This document shows, in pieces, positions 24,119-35,971 of a DNA stretch of 64,000 nucleotides. The translations under genes were made by a program, and so were the position numbers. Every line of letters begins with the position of its first letter. Within the stretch, counting starts at the first letter, position 1. The notes under the pieces are model-generated. The model made no database searches. It was not told the origin of the DNA and saw nothing but the letters and a program-made list of their open reading frames with translations. Source of the DNA: Vicugna vicugna. Its lineage: Eukaryota. Where the stretch lies: contig MU061579.1 of the NCBI GenBank assembly GCA_013265495.1, positions 4,116,327-4,180,326 of the forward strand, given 5' to 3'.

Positions 24119-26119
24119 CATAGACTGCCTGTGGTTCACATGGGTGAACCACTGTTTTGGAATAATACTATCTCCCATTACACCCTACTACTGTTGATGG
24201 ACCGGAGACTATCAGGTGGTCCCAAGTCATAGTGTTTTCCTGAATGCTTTCAACAGTCAGGCCACATTGTGCTATCTACACAAAAGGGAACAAACCTTTA
24301 TTCTGCCATTTACAGACATGTATCAAAGTAGTTGATGTCACAGTATCTTACAAAGTTTTAATTGAAAAACAAACATACTATTTTCCCCTTGTGCCTCTCT
24401 TTCCCTAATAGAACTCAGACAGAAGTCCATGGGTGGTTAGGCTCAAAGACAAATATGAGTGATGAACATCATGCTGTACTCAGAATTGCTTCTCTTGGCT
24501 GATAATGAAATCTTTCTTACAGAGCCAAGCTTGACTGCCTGATTCTTCCTTTATGATGAGCTCTCTCCCAGGGTACATCTCAGGGGATTATTACAATAGA
24601 GTCCTGGAACAGGCTACTAGACATATAGAGACTTGTCTGAATCTCACATATGGATGTGTTGACTAAAGCCACGATATCTCCCTTCCACTCAGCCCCTCCT
24701 AAGCTCTAAAAATTGGTTTTGTCCTCTAAAAGAACTTTGTAAAATGTAAAAGAAACTGTTTTTTGAATCACACTGTTTTTTAATAGAAATAAAGAGTAAT
24801 TTAGTGCTTCTGCTTGATAATACGGAAGAGTTAATGTAGATGCAGAGATATGAAGTACATGTATTCTTAAAACTGAGAATGAAAAGCAAGTGAACATTGG
24901 GTTTCTTGTCATCTAAAGCAGTAAGTCTGTAGGAGAAAAGAGGATTTGCTATTTTAACAACTTTATGATAGCTAGGAATCTCTTTTAATTTCATAGTGTT
25001 TACTTTATGGCTCTCATTTCTGATTCTCCATTATCCTTAATACTAAAATCCTAAAAAGGGGGGAAAAAAAAAGACAGGATGAAGACAATTGTTACCTACA
25101 GCCAATATTAAGGAGAGAAAAAAATTGAAGTAAAGTGAGTTGTAGTAAATCTGAGAAAGAAAAGACAGCCTGATTTTATGGTCTGAGGAAGGAGAGTATA
25201 TAAGCGTTTTGGGTGGAGAAATGGTGACTTTAATATCAACAGACCTATGTAGGGTTACCTGACATTTATCTCTTTGAAGGTGCATGTGTGAAAACACTGT
25301 ATGCCATCAATAATTATTTGTCAATTGAAAGTATGTGAAAGTTATTATCTATAACTGATTGGTAGTAAAATTATAAAATATTTTTATGTACTCATAGGTA
25401 TTTCTGAATCTAAACTGTTTTCTAGTTTCATATTTTTAAAACCAGAACACAAAACAACTATCTAAATAAAACCTTTCCTAGTATATAAGCCCTGCCTTTC
25501 ACTTAATGATTTTACATTATTGATTACTTGCCTTATTGGTAAACTAGCCCATTTTATTAATCTTGAATTGGGCAAATAAGATGTAATTGCTGCAAGTCAC
25601 TTTCATTTGCCATAGTTTTCTCAAAGGCTCATCTTTCTGTATTCTCACAAATACCTAAGTAGTGCTTATTTAGTATGAGCACATGCAGAATATAAATGGA
25701 ATAAATTACACTCATTGAAACTCAGATATTTCCAATTATTCATTTGATAAAATATTGAGAGTTTAAAAAATTTGTTTTATGTAAGTACTTAGGAAGAATG
25801 AATGTAGACCCCACTATTTGTAAATTGCATTACCAACATTAACCAGCTGGTTCACTGCAAGTCTCATTTATGTGGCAAGCTAGAATATTATTTAGGTAAC
25901 TAAACAAAACTTACTCTAACTAGGATTACCAAAGAGGGTAGAGCTTACTTGCTTGATTGCCTGATTTTTATGTAATGACAGAAAACTTTATGCATGTATA
26001 CTAAAACAACCTATTAGATATCATAATGAATAAACAGGGTGAAAATACACCACTGCATATATCTGTCTATATCAGAGTGGCAGACTTGCAAAGCAAATAA
26101 AATCATGATTTCAATAATA

Positions 26120-26690
26120 AAGTAACCTGTGCCTTACCATCTCCTCAGTAACTGCACAGATGCTTCATTTCTCAAAGCCTCATTCCTCATTGTAAATTAT
26201 AGTAATAATAACATTCCTTCAGTGGTGTTTTTATTAGTCTGCTCAGGTTGTTATAACAGCATACCACAGACTGGGTGACTTAGACACAGAAATTAATTTT
26301 CTCACAGTTCTGGAGGCTGGAAGTCCACAATCAAGGTGCAGGCTGATCTGGTTTCTAGTGAAACCTCTCTTCCTGTTTTGCAGATGGCCACCTTCTCACC
26401 TTGTCCTCATCTGTGCCTTTGATCTGTGCACTGGCACTCCTGGTGTCTCCTCCTCTTCTCCTAAGGACATAAGCCTGTCAAAATAGGGCCCCACCCTTAT
26501 GACTCATTTAACCTTAATTACCTTCTTAAAGGCCCTATCTTCAAATAATAGTCAAGTGGTAATTCAAGCTTTAATTAGTGAATTTTAGAGGGGCACAACC
26601 TATACCATAACAGTGTTGTTATAATGATGAAATGATATCATGCAATGAATGTGCTTACTATACAATAAAAACTCAAAAAAGCATTAACTG
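26120..26690 (+). mobile_element. MIR SINE interrupted by an MLT1 LTR
   Basis: The MIR core (AAGCCTCATTCCTCATTGTAAATT...AATAATAAC) stops at 26229 and resumes GTGTTGTTATAATGATGAAATGATATCATGC after 26612. Confidence 0.55.
26230..26612 (-). mobile_element. MaLR solo LTR (MLT1A-like) with 5-bp TSD
   Basis: ATACCACAGACTGGGTG...CTCACAGTTCTGGAGGCTGGAAGTCC...GGGCCCCACCCTTATGAC...CCATAACA; TSD GTGTT at 26225-26229 and 26613-26617. Confidence 0.92.
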
Positions 26691-28238
26691 TCATATTTTC
26701 ATGTCATTGCATAGGAGTAAATCTTGATCTCTCTGATCTGGAAGCATTACCTAGTAGATTATCCAGGTGACTGAAGAAGCCTCTGCACCTCTCAAGCCTC
26801 TGCACCTCTCACCTTCTCTAGATCTTCTCAATTATTAGAGCATAGCTCCAAGAAGTTGAACAAAATCTCACTCTTTTCCCAGAGACTATATTATGGTCCC
26901 ATCTCTCTGGTTCCCATACTCAGAATTTTCAATTCATTCACCACCATTCCCTAAATCTCAAGCTTTTGCAGAAATGAAGAGTAATATTATAAAAAAGAAA
27001 AATTAAAACAAAACCAAAAGGATAATAAACAAAGGTTTAGGTATGCTGATTGTGACATACACACACCACACATACAAACACAAACTCAGTAATTATGGCT
27101 AATGTCTACAGATTAAATATGTATTTCCAAATAAAGTCAAATTTGCATTATTGAAAAATCTTAGGGTTTCATATCTATTTTTACATAGTTTTTATAGCCA
27201 CTTGGCCCTTCACACACACATACCCCCTATTTGACTCCTGGACTTTTTTTTTTTTATTATTCATTAAGAATACTAATTAGATGACAGTTCTTGATTTTAA
27301 ATATGTTGTCTACATATTGAGTTTATTAATAAACAATATGTATTTCATTTTCAGTTGCATTAATATTTTACACCTAAAATTGCAGTTATAGCAAGTTTAC
27401 TGAAAATGCTTTCTGGCTAGAATTTAAATGAAAGAACAAAGAAAGCCATTTAGCATGTTGACTTTAGAAGGCTTCAGAAAGGATTATACTTTTAGACTAG
27501 ATATAGAAAATATGGAAAACAGGTTCTGTATCTGGAACAACAGCTCATAATCACTTGTGTAATTTACTTCAAAACTGCCAAAATAATGAACTATATTCAT
27601 AAAAGAAAAGTAAATTTTGCACCATGCTCATACTGATAAAGTAATGGTGTTTACATAAAAATTAACATGATAAATTTAAGAAAATTATGAAACTATGTTA
27701 CTTCAGATATTATCAATAATACTTTCCTCAATTTAAAAAACAGTGCATTTAAATTTTGCAAATTGAATCTGACATAAATTCTCAAATAACTCTTTAATTC
27801 TTGGGAGTTACTATCAATTTAGAAATGTAACGTATCGATCACTTCACCTTGCATTTTATAGTTTTTCACAATTTCAATGTGTTTATACCTGACCTCTGAT
27901 TATCACAATAAAGAATGATTGAACATCTACATGAAGTTAAATCTATAAAAAAAAAAGACACTGTCCTCTAGTTTACAATTAGATGTTTCTGCTCAAATGT
28001 GCCATCGATCCATTCAGACCCAGCCTCCACACCCAAGTTCCTTTCTTAGATCACTTTAACACCATCCTTCTCCATGTCTATGTGTCTTATAGTGCAAAGT
28101 GTTGTGGGAGATAGCAACAAGTATTTATAAAACAATTAGATAAGCTTTTTAAACTTCCAAGAAGTTTTATAATATATTTTTCAGCTGGTGTATTATTTTT
28201 GATATTCAGCTTTCATAAAAACCATCAATAAACATCAG

Positions 28239-28962
28239 TTTATTAGTCAGGGTTCTCCAGAGAAACAGGATAAGTGAGGTATATATAGAGAGAGAGTTCT
28301 AGAGATATAGATACATGTATCTCTAGATGTATCTAGAGAGAGTGATAAAGATAGATAGATATAGAGAGCTTTATTGTCAATCTATATTATCTAGATAGAG
28401 ACAGAGAGAGAGAACTCTATTGTAGGATCTACCTATCTATCTACATCTTATCTCTATCTCTATCTCTATCTCTATATCTATATCTATATCTATATCTATA
28501 TCAAGAGACAGAGAGGATGAGAGAGCACTTTATTAGAGGAATTAGCTCATGTGATTATGGAGGCTAAGAAGTCCCACAATCTGCCATCTGTGAGCTGGAG
28601 AACCAGGAAAGCTGGTGGTATAATTCAATGTGAGTTCAAAGGTCTAAGAAAAAGGAAACATTGATATAAATGCCAAAGAAAAATGGCTTGAGAACCAGGA
28701 ACTCTGATGTCTGAGAACAGAGGATGGATCTCCCAGCTCAAGAAGAAAGAGAGAGAATTAGTGATTTCTTTGCCTACCATTAAGTCCCTCAATGGATTAG
28801 TTGATGCTCACTCACATCGGTGAGAGTGAATCTCTTTTCTCAGTGTACTGATGCAAATGCTAATCTCTTTCAGAAACAACCTCACAAACATAAATAATAT
28901 TTTAGCAATTATCTGTACATCCACTAGGCCAGTCAAGTTGATGTATAAAATTAACCATCATA
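28239..28962 (-). mobile_element. ERVL solo LTR (MLT2-like) with expanded internal microsatellite
   Basis: TATTAGTCAGGGTTCTCCAGAGAAACAG...GCTCATGTGATTATGGAGGCTAAGAAGTCCCACAATCTGCCATCTG...AGTCAAGTTGA...AAAATTAACCATCA. Confidence 0.92.
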
Positions 28963-29014
28963 CTTATCTAAGATTTTAGAACTGAGTGGAACTGAGACAT
29001 CATTCATTAGAAAG

Positions 29015-29215
29015 CAAATAATGATAAATATATGTGATCATGTTCTTTCTATGTGTTAGGTAGTACTTTAAGAGTTTTATATATTTTCTTAACATGCTAC
29101 GAGATGGGTGCTATTCTTTCTTAAGGACACCCAGCTACTAAGTATGGAGTTTGAATCTGCAGTGAGACAGTGAGTCTCTACAGTTGGAGGTCTTGATCAT
29201 GGTGTTTTACTGACT
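29015..29215 (-). mobile_element. MIR SINE (degraded)
   Basis: CTATGTGTTAGG...AAGGACACCCAGCTACTAAGT...GAGTTTGAATC. Confidence 0.5.
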
Positions 29216-29259
29216 CCTCTGCTGTAGTTAGCTGCATACTATGGACAAAGGCTCCTCTA

Positions 29260-29960
29260 GACACTGTAGTAGATGCAAAGTGAGGAAGCTGTAGCCCCTC
29301 TCCTTAAGGTACTTGTAAGCACTTAATTATAATACCAGGCAAAAGGGCTGAGCACTAATCAAGGTTCAAAGTACTGTGGAGATGTCAAAGGAAATTTCTG
29401 ACTAAAGGATAGGAAATATTTTCATGAAGAAATTAGTGTGTTAGCTAGCTAGGTCTTGAAAATTGTATGGAATTTCTTGGTTGACTTCATTATTTCTTCT
29501 AATTTATCATTCTTTCTGTATAATAGAATTGTGTATCCACATCCTCCAATATATGACTTGGCAGTATTTCCCTCTAGAGTATATGGAGTATTGGAGTATA
29601 TACCCCAGTGATACTGGGCTTGGTTATATGTTTTGCTTCGACAAGTGGAATGCTAGTGAACAGTATATGGACTGGTGTGATTATGTTTGGCTTCTTGCAC
29701 TTCTGCTATCACCATGAAAAAACATGCCCAGTTAGTCACTGGTCCCAAAATGAGAAAAGTAGAGCAGTTCTGAACCCAATCTGCAGCCTAGTAACAAATC
29801 CAGCTGAACCACATGTTTCTTGCAATAAGCTACTGAGATTTTGAAGTTGATGTTATGCAACAGAACTTAAATGATATATATTTTAACAGATTAAATGATA
29901 AGAGAAACATAGAAACTCTGGTTGGAGAGGATAATGTAATTAGAGATACAGAGTCTCCCA
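29260..29960 (-). mobile_element. LINE-2 fragment split by an MLT1 LTR
   Basis: ATAATACCAGGC...AAAGTACTGTGGAG...TTCATGAAGAA...AGGTCTTGAAAA stops at about 29463; L2-like sequence resumes after about 29880. Confidence 0.45.
29464..29878 (+). mobile_element. MaLR solo LTR (MLT1I/H-like)
   Basis: TGGGCTTGGTTATATGTTTTGCTT...CTTGCACTTCTGCTATCACCATGAAAAAACATGCCC...AAGCTACTGAGATTTTG...TGTTATGCA. Confidence 0.75.
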
Positions 29961-30049
29961 AAAGATTGAGAAAATAACTATTAAATGTGATAGCAAAGGA
30001 TTGAAATGAAATCTTCATGGAAACTATAAGGGTTGGTAAAGTTGTGTTA

Positions 30050-30170
30050 TTCCATCAAGTGTGAGCTATGTCAGGGTAGCAGTTTTGTTTACTTTGTATC
30101 TCTAGTATCTAGAACAGTGCTTTTAACAAAATGAACATTTGAGAAATAGTTGGTGGAATAGATGACCTGA
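30050..30170 (+). mobile_element. LINE-2 extreme 3' end
   Basis: TTTGTATCTCTAGTATCTAGAACAGTGC...AAATAGTTGGTGGAATAGATGA. Confidence 0.6.
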
Positions 30171-30307
30171 ATGCAATTAAGGATTTTTCTTTTTCCTACT
30201 GAAATCCGGAGGTTCTCAATTTTTTTTTAAAAAAGAGGAGTTTCATAAGCTACATTATGTTAGTGGGGTTATTTGAAGAGGGGGTAAGAAGGAATCATTT
30301 GGTTCCC

Positions 30308-30901
30308 TGTAGTGCTTCTGTTTTTATGTGGAAAGAGTAACACTCTTGAACTCACTCACTCCTCTGTAGGGAGATTGGATTAGAGTGGCAAGAATTTGGA
30401 AGTAAATGAACTGATTACAGCCCTTCTTTGGCACGGTCCCTGTGATTCTGATGAAGCAGGCTTCCTTGCCACCACATATCTATTTCATTGACTAAACTAG
30501 AAGCAAATATGAGAAATAAGCAGGAAAATCAGAGTTCTTTTGGAGAATTTATTAAACCTATTTTGATTGAGATTCTTACTCTTTGGGATTGATGTTATTC
30601 ATTTGATATGTTTCTAGTGCTGCTATTAATATCTTTACTATTAATACCGGGGGAAAGTCTGCCTATGAATTAAGTCAATGAAGAGGAAAGCATCAGTGGG
30701 AAATGCAAAGAAAATCTTGATAACAGCTTTGGGTGTCTGGATTCAGACTTGCCTGAAGCAAAATCCAGTGCTTGGAATTTTCTGTTACATTGATCTATGC
30801 AATTAAAAATAGTATATTTTTTTCTTCTTGGAGATGGATTTTAACTGGTTTGCATTTCATTCCTTATAACTTAAAGCTGGAAGAGTTGTGATTAATGTAC
30901 A
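30308..30901 (+). mobile_element. Old MaLR LTR (MLT1K/L-like)
   Basis: GAAAGTCTGCCTATGAATTAAGTCAATGAAGAGGAAAGC...CTGGATTCAGACTTGCCTGAAGC...TTTTCTGTTACAT. Confidence 0.6.
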
Positions 30902-30904
30902 GCA

Positions 30905-31430
30905 TGAGATGACTAGTGCAAATGAAAGGAAGGAGGACGAGAGAAATAGTGTGGAGCTAAAAGAGTCATGGTAATTTATTGGATATAGGGGGAAGGAAAA
31001 CATGGAAGAATTAAAGATGATTCTGAAGTTTCAGTTGTGGGTGGAGGGGGATGGTGGCACTATCAAACTAAAAGAAACAAAAGGATGGGAGTAGCTTTAT
31101 GGGGTTTTCTGTTGTCTGTGGTGGATTTTGAGGAATTAGTTGCATAGTCACAACATGGTGACTAGAAGGAAATCCAAAGTTTGTGATTATAGTTCAAATG
31201 AGAGGTTTCCTGTGGCAATATTTATTTATGAGTAATCAGCAGAGTTTTAGAGGAAGTCATGAAAGATGATCACTTAAAAATAGCTTATCCCAAGAGAAGG
31301 CTCTATGACTGAACTAGGGAAATAACCTGTACTTAGGAATGGGTAGAGAAAGAAAAAGCCCTGATGGAGACAGAGTGGGGGCTTAGGATAGATACAAAAA
31401 GAACCAGAGGAAAGGAACTTCGCATTTACT
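30905..31430 (-). mobile_element. LINE-2 fragment
   Basis: ATTGGATATAGGGGG...GAATTAAAGATGATTCTGAAGTTTC...GGATGGTGGCACTAT...TTATGAGTAATCAGCA resembles antisense L2. Confidence 0.65.
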
Positions 31431-31434
31431 GGGA

Positions 31435-31655
31435 ACTGAATATAGTGTTTTTTAAGCATTTTCCATGTTATCTTATTTTATCCTCAAAACCCTGTGAGAA
31501 AGGCATTACTATCATCATTTTACTGTTGAGTGAACTAAAACTTGGCACGGATTAAGAAAATTAGCCAAGTTCCCAAAGCCAGGAAGGGCAAAATTGGGAT
31601 TCAGACACAAGTCTATTTGATTCCAAAACTCATGCTCTTTTGCCACCTTTTGCTG
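31435..31655 (-). mobile_element. MIR SINE
   Basis: AAGCATTTTCCATGTTATCTTATTTTATCCTCAAAACCCTGTGAG...GGATTCAGACACAAGTCTATTTGATTCCAAAACTCATGCTCTT. Confidence 0.75.
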
Positions 31656-31764
31656 TTCCCTCACCAAAGGAGTGTACTGTTATCAGAGCCAATGAAAAAT
31701 AAACTGCCAGAAAGGATACAAGGCCAAATGCTGGGGAAAGCATTAATAGAATACAGCCTAATTT

Positions 31765-31880
31765 GAGATCAACTAGTCCTCCTCTTATTTTGCAGTTGGA
31801 GGAAGGGAAGTTAAATGATTTTCCCATAATCACACAGTTGGCTAGCATTAGAATCAGACAGAGTACTCAGGTTTCCTTAT
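31765..31880 (-). mobile_element. MIR core fragment
   Basis: CTCTTATTTTGCAGTTGGAGGAAGGGAAGTTAAATGATTTTCCCATAATCACACAG. Confidence 0.55.
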
Positions 31881-32926
31881 ATAGCTACTATGGTGCTACT
31901 GTCCAGCACTGCATTCTGCCCCTAACATACAATACACTGTGGATCACAATACATTCCATAAGGACTACACCCTTAGTAGTGTGTCATAGACTATTGGGCA
32001 TCTCTGCAGCATCGCCGCTCCTACTTTATCTTACCTTATATCTTAAAAAGTTTTTTCATTAAATTAAGAATATTGCATACAATGGAGAGTTCAGAATAAG
32101 CAGAACAAGGAAAGCATGAATTTTACTGGTGAGTTCAGGCAAAATCTCACTGACCTTAATACTCCAGTTTCTGTTCATCTGATCAATAGTATAACTTGTT
32201 AGCTAATAATAAATAAAATGGGTTTTTCTTTAGTGTTATGCCCTATTCATGCTCAGTTTGACCATAGATATACCACAAATGTAATCCCCTTTCAATGTTA
32301 ATAGTTTTGAAGGAAAGATAAAGAAGTAATTGAAAAGAGAGAGATGCATAGTGATGGTGGAGAGAGATGGGCAGGAATTTCTTTATAAAGAGGTCACAGA
32401 GGCCTCTCTGAATTCTATATGATTAGAAGGAGCCAGCCATGAGAAGATTCCCAGACAAGTGGGACAGCAGGGGGAAAAAATTCCAAGATTAAATGCTATT
32501 ATTTTTGAGGAATAGGACAATTGGCAATAAAGATGATACTTTTCTGGTTTCAGGAGAGGTTTCCTGGACTTTGGTTCACTAGCTTCTTTCTTCTGAGAGG
32601 GAGCTTGTGTCAGTCCTACAGTCCAGATAAAATGCCTCAATATTCTTTTCTCACCTCTATCAAGAAGATGGAAATGACTGCTCAGCTTGTTACCAGGTGG
32701 CATTTCTCCAAGAATAGGATTTTATATCCATCATTGCCTCTGACTTTTCAGTCCATGACTCACATGACCAGTATCCACAGATTAGGAAAATAAATTATGG
32801 TTGTAAGGACATTTAAGTCATAACATAAAACTTAATTGGTATTCTTTATTGGCAGATTAGAGAGTGAAAAAATGTGCAACCATTCTAAAAGTATTCCCTT
32901 CCAATTGTCGAGACAATATGCCTAAA

Positions 32927-33082
32927 TCAGCGGGTTTCAAATTTATTGCAGGTTGCAACCCTTACACAAAATGCCATGTCTCCAAAGCAAGAGGTTCTGT
33001 ATGTTAGAGAGGGATCTGAGTATATTTTTTCTAAAGTTTTTTAGGTGATCCTGATACTTATCAGTGATTGGTGATAGCTAGT
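32927..33082. mobile_element. hAT-Charlie MITE (MER5-like)
   Basis: CAGCGGGTTTCAAA...TATTTTTTCTAAAGTTTTTTAGGTGATCCTGAT...GTGATAGCTAG follows the MER5 layout. Confidence 0.5.
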
Positions 33083-33126
33083 TTATGGTACAAAATATAT
33101 CATTGGTACCCTCCCTTAATGTCCAC

Positions 33127-33580
33127 TGTATCAGTAATCTCTTATATAGAATGTTGTATAACAAACTGCCCCAAATCTGAGTTGCTTAAAGTAATAAGCC
33201 CTAATTTAGCTCATGAGTCCAAGGGTAGGTGATTTAGGATTTAAGCTGGGCTTTGAGGGGATTGTTCTTGTGATCGCATTTGGGCTCATTCACACATTTG
33301 GCAGTCAGCTGACTGTCTTCTGAGGCAATGGCAGTGACTGGGCCATGCTTCTCTCATTCTCCCGTAGGCTAGCCTGGGCAAGTCATGAAGGCAGAGAAGC
33401 GAGAGAATGAACAGAAACATGAAAGCATTTTTTCAAACTCCCATTTGCATTAAGTCTGTTAACATCTCAACGGCCAAAACAAGTCACATGGCCAGGCCAG
33501 AATCTGAAGCCACTATGAGATTACAAGACATTGAGGGGATGAAAAGAGGATTGGTACACGAATATGATTAATAAATCACA
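33127..33580 (-). mobile_element. MaLR solo LTR (MLT1G/H-like)
   Basis: TAACAAACTGCCCCAAA...GCTCATGAGTC...GGCTAGCCTGGGC...GGCCAAAACAAGTCACATGGCC...ACA. Confidence 0.8.
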
Positions 33581-35971
33581 TCCTTCATATCCACAGCTCT
33601 CCCAATGCCCAGAACATACTCATTTTTAGGCTTTCCCTGCTACCCCAGCTGCTACCCTGACTTTAACCCTATAGCTGGCCAGACACAGTGAGTTATGTTA
33701 GCTTGGCAGTTGACAAGATGTCATCTCCTTTCTCAGCAGAGCAGATGTAGTCTAGAAGATTTGATCTTGTTGTTTAGAAAGATACTGGTAGTTAGATGTG
33801 AATAATGAAAAATATTCCTAAATAATATTTTCTCACTCCTTATTCTTCTGGGTTCTCAATCTTGACTTTTCATCCCTTCCTTGATCCCCTCTATTATTTT
33901 GATATATAAATTTAAAGTCTCCTCCTCTGTTTATTCAGAAATAATCTGCTACTCTAGCCCTATGGATGTAATTCAGAATCCAGGTTCTAATCATAAAGAG
34001 TTGTTGCACTATTTTAATACTTAAAGTATACAGATGCACATTGATTTAGATATTGTCTGACTGCTGAGCACACAAATCTTCTTTCTATTTGGAGAGAGCC
34101 TCACATTGGATGAGTATTGGAGGATGAGCAAATATATTACCTCTACAAATACAGGGTGAGCAAATATGTTACCCCTGCTCAGACACTCATCATTGGAGAG
34201 AAGATTGCTGATACACAGGAAAAGTTTAGGTTTCATTTGGTGTGATGATGCCATTGACTACAGGAATTTGTACCAGGGCTATTGGCTTTCCCTGCCATTG
34301 GTAAGAATACTGGGATCCAGCTTTTTTTTTTTTTTTTAATACGTATTGTGTTGCTACCTTTCTTGATTTTCATACCAAGTCTCTTGGGTTTTGGAAACTT
34401 TATGAGCTCAGTTCTGATCATTTCTTCTCAATTCTATGATCTGGTTGAAGCTAAGAACATAGATTAAAACACTGATTGTTTCTTCTGGGAATTTAGGGAA
34501 CCTCCAAAGCTTCAAAACCTTTGCTTCACAGGTTGATTTTTTTTTCTTTAAGCTCATCACATCTCCCATAATTCCTCAAATAGAAATTCTAGAGCCTCAA
34601 GATAATCATGTCTACTGCAATCAGAATATCCTGGGTAAAAAAAGTGACAACCATATAGATTTTTTTTTACAAGACAGTAACTTATATGTTAAAAGTTAAG
34701 AGGCTAATATACTGAGCATTACAGATTATTAGCTTCTGAGAAGGATAATCTAGTGTCTTTCTAAAATGACATGTTGATATATTTGGGAGAGGAAAGTAAG
34801 AGCAAGGTGATTGCACTGTTGAGTTTTTGTTTTCCAGACTTTCTCTGAGGAGCATAGTTGATACACAGAATTCACCTTAATTTTTTCATAGGAAACCTGT
34901 TTTCAGATTCTTAGAATGTTGTATAAGTCATTATCCCTAATGACTTAACCAGTTGCTGTGTTCAACTATATTTCTCTGTATGAAAATTTGATGATTAATG
35001 TGACTGATGGAATGGTACAAGTACCACTTACCTACTTCTACGTTAAGGAACTCAAGTCTCTATTCAAATGCATTGGGATTACAGAATTTCCATATGAGCT
35101 TGCACAGTTCAGTGTTTCTATCCAGAGGATTTCTTTAGAGATCTCTGATAACTGCATTATCCTCACAAGGCTTAAGCAATTGTTTTATTAGCTGTTTTTT
35201 TTAACAACACCCAGGAGTGTTGGAAATTATTTTTAAAGTTAAAAATGAGTGTGTTTACACACCTTTTCATTGGAGACCTCATTAGCTAGGTAATTTAAAT
35301 ACCAGAAGTTGAGAGTTTTATAAAATACAAGAAGATTGGCTACTTAATAATCATCTCCACAACAGAAACTCTTGGAATAGTATTTGATTTTATGAATAAG
35401 CCATTTCAAGATATGAAGAGTTTAAAAGGAATTTTGATACATTTTCTCTAGGATTAGGTAAAACCAACTTTAGAAGGGGGTAAAAAAATAACAGCCTATG
35501 ACATTTTAGGACATTATTTATTCTGTATTTCAAACAGTTTGATTTTTTTTCACTTGTTTCTTATGAAAAGATTTCTTTAACCCTATTCAACTTGTTCATA
35601 ATATGTCTGAACTTACTCAAGCTAATCTCTCTTTGAAGGTACAAGGGAAGACAGCAGGTAAGCTTTCAGTGTCATAAAGACTCAGCATCTGGTCCAAGTC
35701 ATGCTCTACTCAATGTCCTTATCATCACCATCAGAGAAACAGTGGCTGATAACTATGGCTGTTCATATCTTAAAGATACAGTAACTTCTGAATTGGACAA
35801 TTTTCAGGTGGTCTTTCATGTTTCATGTTTCAGTGAGAAATTTCAAGTAGATAATTCATACTCACATTTGGGGCCCTTAAAGCCATTCCTTCAATACATA
35901 CAGTCAGGTTGAGGTTGAATCTTCTAATACATTGGGAACTAGGACTTTCCCATGTAAAGATAATACTTTAG

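Noticed and set aside
32071..32084. Compressed Sox-Oct composite motif, and scattered ATTTGCAT octamers elsewhere
   Set aside because: The octamer half is imperfect and such AT-rich motifs are expected by chance here.
32690..32703. CTCF site (TTACCAGGTGGCAT)
   Set aside because: It matches only the 3' half and lacks the conserved leading CC; too weak without ChIP data.
34240..34340. C/D-box snoRNA or retrocopy (GTGATGA followed by a T-run)
   Set aside because: No terminal CTGA D box or terminal stem at the right distance, and no poly(A) signal or TSD for a minus-strand retrocopy.
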